Assembly (NCBI RefSeq): GCF_006345805.1
Contig: NC_042998.1
Location: 192,324,001-192,388,000, forward strand
Direction of reading: 5' to 3'
From: Octopus sinensis
Lineage: Eukaryota
Length of the DNA stretch: 64,000 nucleotides
Shown: positions 53,458-64,000 of the stretch, one piece after another
How the letters are laid out: each line of letters opens with the position of its first letter
How positions within the stretch are numbered: the stretch's first letter is position 1
Made by a program: the position numbers and the translations under genes
The notes under the pieces: model-generated
Database searches by the model: none
Told to the model about the DNA's origin: nothing
What the model saw: only the letters and a program-made list of their open reading frames with translations

Positions 53458-54748
53458 TCAGGTCATCCCATAAGTTCTCTCCGAATTTTGAATAAAGAAA
53501 ACAAGTGATCAAATGTTATATTCAATTGAAACTTAATCATCAATGTACTTTCCCTGATTATCTATGACTTCCTTCCATCTACTTACAAGCTTTTTAATCC
53601 CATCAATGTAAAACTATTTTGGTTTCAAAGCGAACAACTCTGAAATGTCAGTTTCGACCTTCACTTGGCTTGCGAAGGTTATGTCCCCCAAATGTTTCTG
53701 TAAACTACGAAACAAATGGTAGTCTGAAGGAGCAAGGTCGGGTGAATAAGGTGGATGAGGAATTTTTTCCCAACTAAGCTCTTCGGTCTTCTGTAATGTG
53801 ATCTTTGCAGTGTGGGGTCGCACATTGTTCTGATGAAACATCACTCCTTTTCGATTCACTAAAGTTGGTCTTTTTTTCTTCAAATATTGGTTCGAAAGCT
53901 CTAATTGCTGACAGTAGACTTGAACATTGATTTTTGCATTAGGTGGTAACATATCAAAGTGAATTACTCCTTTGCAATCCCACCAGATAGAGAGAAGAAC
54001 CTTTTTTCCATGAAGTTTCCTTCTCGGTTGTGGTTGAGCTTTTGTCCCTTTTACCAAGCCACTGTTTATGACATTTAACATTTCGATAGAAGATCCATTT
54101 TATGTCACCAGTTACAAGTCTATCCAAAAAGGGGGAAATGAGTTCGCGTGAATTAAGAGAAGAGCAGTTGTCGACTCTGGATTTGTGGTTGCTTTCGGAC
54201 AATTCATGAGGCACCCATTCTCCAAGTTTTGGGAACCTTTCCAAGTTGTTGAAGATGACAATGAGCAGTTGTATGGTTTGAACTAAGCTTTATTGCCAAT
54301 TCTTCAACAGTTAATGCAGGATTTTCTTCAAGTAATGCCTCAAGGAGCTTATCATCAAACTCAAGTGGACGTACTGTTCGATCTTCATTTTCAAGTCTGA
54401 AATCTCCACTTCTGAATTTTGCAAACCATCTTCTGCAAGTTCTTTCATTCAAGCATTCTTTCCCATAAACTTAGTGTATGTTTCGAGTCGCTTCGGCTAC
54501 AGAGTTTCCTTTTTTCGTACTCATAAAGCATTATGTGCCTCAAATGCTCTTTGGATGCTTCTATGATAGAAAGGATTTTAATCAAAGAAATTTTAATTCT
54601 ATTATTCTGTAAAATAATATTTAATTAGTTTAAATGTACACAAATGCATAAAAATAACTCTTAATTCCATTAGACATTCTAAAATACTATATAATTTCAT
54701 TCAGTTTTAAAAATGGTAAAATCGGACAGAACTTATGGGATGACCTGA
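53458..54748 (-). mobile_element. Full-length (1291 bp) mariner with a decayed DD34D transposase
   Basis: TIRs TCAGGTCATCCCATAAGTTCTCTCCGAATTTT and AAAATCGGACAGAACTTATGGGATGACCTGA, with a TA TSD on both sides. Motifs WVPHEL, VTGDIKW, HQNNVRPH (second Asp changed to Asn) and YSPDLAPSDYHLF are present. It has frameshifts and the start ATG appears mutated to ATA. Confidence 0.96.
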
Positions 54749-54765
54749 TATACATATATATATAT

Positions 54766-54828
<63 letters not shown>

Positions 54829-56159
54829 TATAATATTCAGACATGTATAATGAATAATATATGTTTTAATATATTATGTATAATATATACAAATAATATA
54901 AAAATAATAAATAAATAATATATAATAATAATATATATAATATGTATGTGAGTGTATATTTATAGAGAGAGAGTCACTTCAGAAAATAGATGTTACCTAA
55001 GACTGTGTAGCTGGGAACGGAGGTGGAATACTAGGTTCAAATTTAGTCGATTGGTAAAGCCAATGATCATTTTCTTCTGTGAGCCAGAAAATGTGTTATG
55101 TTCATGCATGCTATATTTCATCAGAAACAGAAGCAGACATTCTTGTAATATCGATTACATCCTAAACGTCTGCTGACAATAACGGACAATTTGTTCGTCA
55201 ACTGAAAATACCGTGTGACATTTCTCATATAAACTAGCATGATTAGCATCTCTTGTGCTATTTACAGCACTAGCGGAATAGCTCTCTCTCACTCATCAAC
55301 ATAAACACGCACATTAAGAGACTAAGCTATGCAGACATTGAAGAAGAAAAAAGAATGGTGAAGCAAACAGTTGAAAGACAGAAATAGTTTTAGCTTTGGT
55401 AATATCTACGAATTATTTCAATAATATTTCCTAGAAATTAGACCATGATGCAAGCTGGTGTCAACAATAGAGCGATATAAATAATAGGATATTTCTGCTG
55501 AAGAAAATCCAAGACGGATCGGATTAAGGTATCAGCTATTATTTTTAGAATGTTGAAAATATCGGATTACGGCCTGAATATTGGATAACGCAAGTTGGTT
55601 TTCGTTGGAACAGTAAAGTATTCTTTTAGAATAATAATTATTGGCAGGTATGTGTTTGACTTTGTTCAGACGCCCATTATAATGTAATTCAATGACATTA
55701 AATCCGATGCATTATGAACATTTTCATATATGAAAAGTTCTTACTAATGGCTAAAATTACAAGAAAACTATGATAGCGTTTTAAAATCGCATTTCATTTC
55801 TTATTCTATAAAGGAACTGAATTCTTGGGAAATAATATGCAAAAAAAAAAAAAAATTATAAATGCTCTGATGAACAAAGATGTTGTTAAGCTAAATGGGC
55901 ACTAACAATGTAGATGGAAATTATTTTCTGGAAACTCATAATATGAAATTGCAGCGAGAAACGAACCTGGGTCGTCATCTTCAGAATGCCTTAATGTGGA
56001 AGTCGGAAAACGTTTCCCGAGACGAGCCGGATTAGAGATGTTATACCTTGCGTGCCAAAGCAAATAGAAGAAATGATCATACGAAAAGATAAACAGTTTG
56101 TGTGGGTGTGTGGATGTGTCTGTTTGTCAGTGTGTCTGTGCATGGTTGTGTGTGTGTGT

Positions 56160-56340
56160 GTGGTGAGCTGGTTGAGTCATTAGCGCGTCGGCCAAAATGC
56201 TTTCTTCTAGTTCTTTTCATTCTGAGTTCAAATTCCGCCGAGGTCGATTTTGCTGCTCCTCCTTTCGGAGTTGCTAATAAGTACAACTTGAGAACTGGGG
56301 TCAATGTAACCGACTTACTCACTCCATCTAAAATTGTTGT
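56160..56340 (+). mobile_element. Degenerate family A SINE
   Basis: GGTGAGCTGG...GAGTTCAAATTCCGCCGAGGTCGA. Confidence 0.75.
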
Positions 56341-57476
56341 TCTTCAACCAAAACCTGAAGCCATTATTTTTTTTTTAAATCATGCGTTGCAATGAAGAAA
56401 TCGCTACACGTATGATAGCACTTCACACTATAAAAAAAATGATGTGTCATGTGTGACACGGCATGCAGGGAAGAGTTTAGATAAGATGAGTGATTTCGTT
56501 TGGGGTTTCGAGTTAAATGTTGTTAAGGGCGTCTTACCTGTTTTCGTCATCGAACAATTGAATATTTCCTTTTCTTCTTTCATGTGATAGCATGAATTAC
56601 GCTAACAGTTTTTGTAGTGGCATTCATTTGGAAAAATGAAAACATTTACTACATAAAATATTACGACCGGGGAAACTTTCAATTTCTTAACAAATGGAGA
56701 AATCTCATCTTTTAATATTCTTATTTTTATTAATATTAAACACTGCTTCATTTGAAACCCCTGCAGAAATAAGACTTTTGCCCTACCTTTTAATACTGAA
56801 TTTTATTTACTTACACCGCGTTTTATGGCTATTCAGTGATAAACAGGGAAAACACAGCATAGTTTTCTGAACCCTGTTTTTGATGGTTTTACAACCTAAA
56901 TACTCAAAGTGTTTAAACGTACCATTCGGCCATACTCAATATTTCAGTGCGTGAACTTCTTCACCAAGCAACATGACGACTAATAACTTCTGTCGACGCT
57001 GTCCCCACAACCATCAGGTTGTTGGGACAGCGTTGTACATTGTAGATTCCGTGATGAACTAGGTCACTTGTAAAAAGAAAAAATTTGAATAGCTATGATG
57101 AATTGTAAAGACAAGATTAAATCGAAGAATGAAGAAAATTAAGGGATTAAATTCGTTTTTCAATGGTAAACAACAGAAATTAATGCAAACGGATTAAGGA
57201 TGAAATATATGAGATATCAAGTAGAAATCTTAATCAGAATTAGATTTAATTTACGCATTGTATTTTCTTCCCTTATCATTTCAGTGAACAATAATATTCA
57301 GAAAATATCAATATAATTTAATTATTTTCATCTATAATCTTTTAATAATATTTTCAATATATTCAAATTTTAAAACAATAGTAGCACCGTTTTCCATAGG
57401 GCATTTTCTTTGTCTATAGATTTTTTTTAAAGCTAATTCATAGGCTAAGATAAGGCACGTATGAATATATGGTTAC

Positions 57477-57655
57477 AAGCAACTGTGAAGTTTTCAAATT
57501 AGCATCAACTGAACAAGTTCGATTAATTACGCTCTTGCATGTCGTGGTTAAAAGTCGTAGAATAATTGTCAAAATCACATTTTCTATACTATTTAGTACA
57601 GCAGCAACTTCACCAGCTTGGAGACAATAATTTAAACCATTAAAATTAATATTTC
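57477..57655 (-). CDS. Candidate internal coding exon, product unknown (GNINFNGLNYCLQAGEVAAVLNSIENVILTIILRLL...)
   Basis: Acceptor CTTCGCTTATCTACAG, donor GTAACC. Only one frame is open, over 59 codons. Confidence 0.3.
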
Positions 57656-59846
57656 CTGTAGATAAGCGAAGATGCTCAACATCATAATTCAGCATTTTAA
57701 TTCAATTGTTGATGCCATTCGAAAACTGAACCAAAGTGAATCAGACCTACGGATATCAAATTATTGACGCATGAGGTTCGTAAATGTTACAGTCGAAGAA
57801 AGCCGTTATCTTTAGTTGAAAAATTACGTTACAAAAGCTAATATCAAGTCATACTTATTTCGTAGTCATTGGTATATAGTAGATTGCCGTGAAAAGACAA
57901 CTGATTGTGTGCATTTATTTATTATACAAAAGAACTATCAAAAGTTATTATATTTTCATGGAGAATATACCATGACAATGAGTTACTGAATGTAACGCAT
58001 TCAACAGTATTCTCTCTCCTACTGTATTTAATATTTTCAGTTTTGTATCTGTTTATTTGGTGTTTTGTTTTTGTTTTTTTAACAAGGTCAAGACAGATTG
58101 TATTGCATAATTTGGTTATTCATGAGAAAAAGATTGAAAATGTTCATCGATGATAATTAAGATATTATAAGCTGAAAATAAACAAACAGTTGTAAGTGAT
58201 AAAATATTAAAACACTTTTACGAACTTACAAGAACACTAAATTGTAACATGATCAAATTTAAATCTATTCGAGAAAAGAGGGGAAAAAAAGGCGAAAAAA
58301 GAAAAGAAAAATCTTAACCGTCTCAAAAATCTTCTTCTGATTTAGCTTTCATTAACGATACTAATGTACTACTGGTCAGTTTAAATTCTACATTATCTTA
58401 GGCTGAGGAACATTTGGAGCTGCTGACCTAAAATGAACTACAGCAACATGTATGCACACATACACAGACAGAGATCAGCATGCAGTGATTCATTCACTTT
58501 AGGTATTAATCGCATGGCTTAACAATTCAATTTCTTCTGTACGCAATCCAAGAGAGCTTGTGTGTGTCTTGACGTATAATTATTTAAACAAGACTATATT
58601 TATCTTGAAATGGGCGGTTTAGCTCTGTGAAGTGAAGGAAAGATTAATTTTATAACCATATTTGACTGATTGGCTTTTGGGCAGATTGCCCAAAATATCA
58701 TTTACTAATGCTGGTGTTGAAAGAAAATTCAGATCTCATTGATTGATTTTAAGTTCATACATACATGCATACATACATTACATATAAACATATGTGTGTA
58801 TGCATGCATGTATGTACATATTTGCGTATGTACATGTGTGTGTGTGTGTGTGTGTGTGGAAAGAAGAATTCATGAATAGTTTTTATGTATATCTTAAATA
58901 TAGAGCTGAATAAAGAACTCAATATGGATGAATTAGAGTTAACTATCTATATTTTAAAAGTTGACAGTGATTTCGAAGTTTCCTGTAATTTAATATATCA
59001 TGCTGTCAGAGGAAATCTATTATCAGTAGTAAACTAGCGTGGAATATTTTTTTGCTTTGATATAGTGTATTTAGGACAACATTATCCATAATGACCAGCG
59101 TGTCCTCCCTTTTATATGAAGGAAGTTCAAAAACTCATATCAGACGTAATTTTGGAATTTTATGTTTCCTTCTCGTACATATAAATACGAGTGTCTGTAT
59201 GTTTGTGCGCCCACATATGTATGTATATATGTATACACACACACACAACACATGCATATGCATTGTTTTGTATATGTATATTTATTGATATAGATATATG
59301 CATATCTGACATATTTGTATATAGTGAATACACGCTTGTAAGTATATATATATGAGAGTGTATAAGTATCTGTGCCTATTAGTGTGTGTATAGTTGTATG
59401 TTTGCATGTGCACGCATAATATCTATCAACTAATAAAATAAAATGTTGTATACGTCGTTGATCATAAATTATATTTTACTTCAGTGTTATAAGGTCAAAT
59501 TTACAAAATTTGTTCAAAGCAATGAAACGCAAAACGCTCATTACAAGTGAGTGTCTTCTCAATAAGCAGTTTTTCACTTAAGAATATTTAGCCTGGATAA
59601 ATGCCACATTTATCCCTGTTATACTTTTTCAGCTGTCACTGTTGTGTGAATAAGAATACCACCTAGAAAAAGGACTGTTTTGAAAGAGATTGTGCTTAAG
59701 CGAATTCTAACTGCATTCAGCTGAATCTTCCATAAATTTCACTAATTATATGTTCCTAGTTATGTTATTAATACTTATGATTCTAAAGTTGGATGATTTC
59801 GGTATAGTCTTGAATAAACTGTTGCATATGTTCATAACATTTGTTA

Positions 59847-60417
59847 GTGTAAACTATATTATAGATATTTTCGATCTAGTTTGGATTCTTTGCAATCAAA
59901 TTTGAATTCTTTGCAATCAAATTTGAATTTTTCAATTGGTGCTCAAGCCTTGAAATAAAAAGAGAGTTAAACTACATCAACCGTAAGGGAATACATGTCT
60001 ATCTTATCTAACTCGTCCAGTAGAGCCCACCAATTGATATCTGAAAAGTTCGATGAAATAACTCATGAACATTGCGATAGCTTCTACCAAAAGATGTTCC
60101 GTTACATCGGCCGGTCTGAACAAGGGGAGATAATAGAAAAAGAATCATTCGTTTATTATCTCTCCTTGTTCAGACCGGTCGACGTAACGGAGCATCTTTT
60201 GGTAGAAGCTATCGCAGTGTTCATGAGTTATTTCATCGAACTTTTCAGATATCAATTGGTGGGCTCTACTGGACGAGTTAGATAAGATAGACATGTATTC
60301 CCTTAAGGCTGATGTAGTTTAACTCTCTTTCTTTTCAAGGCTTGAGCACCAATTGAGAAATTCAAATTTGATTGCAAAGAATCCAAATTAGATTGAAAAC
60401 ATCTATATAATTAACAC
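59847..60417. repeat. ~570-bp fold-back palindrome (arms ~270-290 bp, 18-nt loop)
   Basis: The left arm ends at 60135 and the right arm starts at 60154. The arms are over 90% identical by eye. The left arm has an extra 21-bp tandem duplication at about 59887-59928. Confidence 0.93.
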
Positions 60418-60420
60418 AGA

Positions 60421-61087
60421 AATATCAACTACATCGATTTCAAAAGTCTAGAAAAACCTGAAAAATCATGGTCTCTTTCCCTTCATCGGAGTAACAGCTA
60501 AAAAAATTAATCCCTAAATTATTTTTAAAATATACATGACATAATTCTCATAAAGGAGAAATCAGAGTGTTTGGATACAATACACCTGGAAAAACTGGAA
60601 TATACAAATTGAAATGCCTTTTCTGAATTACTCTTGATCTCTCTTATAGGCGCAGGAGTGGCTTACCAACCAATGTCTGTGGCTGATTAGACTAGTGTAG
60701 AGCATATTAGCAGATTTGATTCAATCAACTCTATACAAATTATGAGTAGATATGTACTATTCATGTGTGGTTGGGTAATAAACATGTTGTTAATGTTGTT
60801 ATTGTTGATGTGGTGGTCGGAGAAAATGAAAATATTGGAACCAGTTTATGACTGAATAAATACGAGAAACTGCCGCACAGTTTGTACTCCCACATCACTA
60901 AGCAGGATTGGGCTTTTATAGAGTCTGTTGAATCAGGAACATTTATGGGAGATATGTCATAATGCTTCACTACATGTAGATTTTTAAATAATTTAGGGAT
61001 TAATTTTTAGCTGTTACTTCGATGAGGGGAAAGAGACCATGATCTTTCAGGTTTTTCTTGACTTTGAGATCGATGTTGTTGATATTC
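60421..61087. repeat. Second inverted repeat abutting the first (arms ~120-135 bp, spacer ~400 bp)
   Basis: 60421-60540 is the reverse complement of about 60970-61087. Confidence 0.88.
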
Positions 61088-61418
61088 AGTTTGAATATTT
61101 GTAGATCAATCATTTATTGGTCGCTAATGCGTAAGACCACATTGGTTTGGCAGTGTGTAGGTTCATGATCTCTAGAACGACAGATAAGGTCGTCGATGAA
61201 GGGAAGAAAACCACGGGAGGAAATAGTGGAATAAGCTGTAAGTGGAGAATACATAAAATTCGTTGAGAAAGGTATATAAACAGAGATGTACTTGCATAGC
61301 GAGTGACTTGGTATGAGATCGTGTGCTGGAACGAAAACAATTGCAGCGTGGAAGGTGTTTATAAGCCATTTAAGAAACACACAAAAACCGTTAGATTCAC
61401 TTCAACATTTAAATTTAA

Positions 61419-61469
61419 TTTGCCAAAATGTTTTCGTCGCTTTCAGACCGCGACCTGTTCACTGACAAA
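61419..61469 (-). ncRNA. Hammerhead-like motif with a swapped G3:C8 core pair
   Basis: Minus strand TTTGTCA-GTGAACA-G-GTCGC-GGTCTGAAA-GCGAC-GAAA-ACATT-T-TGGCAAA, with a 7-bp stem I and a 5-bp stem II. Confidence 0.45.
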
Positions 61470-62494
61470 ACTTCGAGCTCAAAAGAGTAGAGTAGACAGC
61501 GAGTCCGTCATTCTGAGTCTGTTGTGTGTTTTGGAGTATTTGCTTAGTGATGTGAGAGTACAAACTGTGCGGCAGTTTTTCGTACTTATTCAGTCATAAA
61601 CTGATTCCAATATTCTCATTTTTACAATATTTGAGTGTGTAGCAACAGCACTGTCCCAAAATAGATGACCTGTATTCAATTATTTGTCTTATTTGAAATT
61701 CATAGGTCTACAACTGACGAGACTTGACAGATTCTCTGGTGCTGATAATCAAGAAGATTTAGAGATTAGAGCTAGAGTAAAACATGTAGCAATCACATGA
61801 GTGTTTTAAATAGATTAGGTATTAATGCAGAAGGAGAGGGAAGAGGAATTTGTGGTATGTCCTCTTAAGGAATGCGGAAGATATAGAAAAGAGATAGCTT
61901 AAGAGAGGCGCCCAAGGCAGCGCCATGAAAATATGCCGTAGTTAAAAGGCCTGACGAAAAGCTTTGATGTACGCTTTCAGAAGCACACAAGTTCATAACC
62001 AGAAGAATTTATGCAAAACAGGGTCAAAGATTAGCAAATGGTAACGTAGAATATGAATTTCATAGTCACCTAAAGTTTCAGGAACACAAGGCAATTGGAG
62101 AGTAACATAAAGGAAATTGACCCCAACAGATGAAGTAACGTGAGTTCATAGTTTCTTGACCCAGTACACTAAAATGGAACGACAATACGATATCGCTTTT
62201 AGATAAAACGTCCCTACCTAAAATTTTATCATCATCATCATCATCATCGTTTAGCGTCCGCTTTCCATGCTAGCATGATATAGCGTTATTGAGGAGAAAA
62301 ATAAAATAATACGTAATGATGATAAACTGTTGAAAGGTGAGATAATAATATGTATATATATGTGTGTGTGTGTGTGTGCGTGTACATATATATGTATGTA
62401 TGTATATATATATGTATAATATCTGTAAGTCGATGATTGATATGAATCTGTTCCTCCATTTTCTTATTTGTATTATGTATATGTATATATATAT

Positions 62495-62529
<35 letters not shown>

Positions 62530-62541
62530 TGTGTATGTATG

Positions 62542-62614
<73 letters not shown>

Positions 62615-62978
62615 TTTAAGTTGCTGTTCGACTATAACGCTTGTGACGAAAGTTCTTCAGATCAAAGAAATATCAACAAAACATCTTAGAACGAACTTTT
62701 AATTGTACAGACATATTTCTCCCCTATTAAGGTGAATATATGTCCTACGCTTCGTCACACAGACGTGTGCGGCGCGTACATACACACATAGATATTCTGA
62801 AAGAAATACACGTAAGTAGAAGCAGCACTCTTATATTCACGATTATTCGCTCACATATACACCCTATACGCACATATAAGTATACATTCATACGTGTACA
62901 AATAAATGCATACCTGCAAATGCAATCACACTCCTAAACACAATCTTGAAAGCTAATTTAAGCAAGAAGTGATCACAG

Positions 62979-62979
<1 letters not shown>

Positions 62980-63021
<42 letters not shown>

Positions 63022-63033
63022 AATATACATACA

Positions 63034-63098
<65 letters not shown>
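62980..63098. repeat. (TA)n/(CATA)n microsatellite
   Basis: Directly visible. Confidence 0.93.
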
Positions 63099-63242
63099 CT
63101 GTCCGACGAACGGCAACGGGAAACTCAGAGTAACAGGTTTTGTTGAATTTTCTGCTGCTTTAAATAAAGCATATTACTCTACCACTGGTATTTGAGTACT
63201 CTTTTTTCCACCTTGTTTCATATTTATGTGTTTACTCCGGTG

Positions 63243-63299
<57 letters not shown>

Positions 63300-64000
63300 G
63301 TTCAATAGTGGTAGGATCAAAAATAGATTGTACTCCATCCAGTGAGAGATAATATCAATTTAAATACAAAACTCAGGAATTGAAAAATTATTTTATGTTT
63401 CGATCCTACGCTCTTCCACGAAAAGGAACACAGAAAGAAACAAGGAGAGAAACAAGATATATATGACGGAGATTTGGTTGCTATTTCTAGCAGGTAGTGA
63501 GATTATACTGACGCTACCGCGTTGGTTTGATAAATTGATAAGAAGAGATGTTTCTTGTAACCTGAAATATGCCAAGTTAAATAATTATTTCCGCAGACCA
63601 ACGCATCACTTCCGTTGCTTTTGCTTATTTGTAAAGAATGCTGAACATTTATTCCCGCATTGCATATCCAGTGTGTTTATCACTTTACATTGTGTATACT
63701 TCTTGTTTTAATGATGAATAAAATAATTATTACTAAAATATATTTTATTAAAAATAAAATAAAATATTAGAAAATCCAATACAAATACATTTCCATGTTA
63801 CCTTTATTAAGTGATTTTACATACTTTTGAAACCTTTTTCGTAGGTTTTCAATGTTCATCACGATGTACAATCGAAACAAGCAATCAGAGTATGCTTAGA
63901 AGCGAAAGCTTCGAAGAAATATTTATTTGCAGGATTTCTTTGTAACCGTAGTTTTATTTATTTTGAAGGTTCTGTGATAATTTCTAATGGTGAAAAAAAA

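Noticed and set aside
57477-57655. Resemblance of AAVLNSIENVILTIILRL to the N-terminal region of SPO11
   Set aside because: Only a short amphipathic match. I found no downstream SPO11 core motifs (TKRDIYY, EKDATF, GKG.PD) on the minus strand.
63607-63615. ETS-like CACTTCCGT as a promoter mark
   Set aside because: A single short motif expected by chance, with no other support.

Overview
This is an AT-rich, repeat-dominated eukaryotic window. The SINE, mariner and microsatellite families look cephalopod, probably Octopus; that assignment is my recollection of these repeat families, not a search result. No intact, recognisable host gene is present, and almost every ORF in the track is a microsatellite artefact or a decayed transposable element (TE). 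The window holds three decayed mariner elements (one carrying a nested piggyBac-type MITE), two R4/Dong-type LINE fragments (one ending in a 650-bp (TAA)n array), RTE-, L2- and Penelope-like fragments, a zinc-knuckle ORF1-only retroelement and four tRNA-derived SINE families. Four observations stand out. (1) There are several hammerhead-ribozyme-like motifs in Penelope-type termini, including one with a swapped G3:C8 core pair. (2) One SINE family has target-site duplications that start with GGTA in 4 of 5 resolvable insertions, builds head-less tandem arrays and shares its 3' tail with the ORF1-only element. (3) At least six long fold-back (inverted-repeat) structures are present, several made from TE coding sequence. 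(4) A few minus-strand exon-like segments and an RFX X-box are weak hints of an unrecognised host gene. Boundaries of degenerate elements are approximate.
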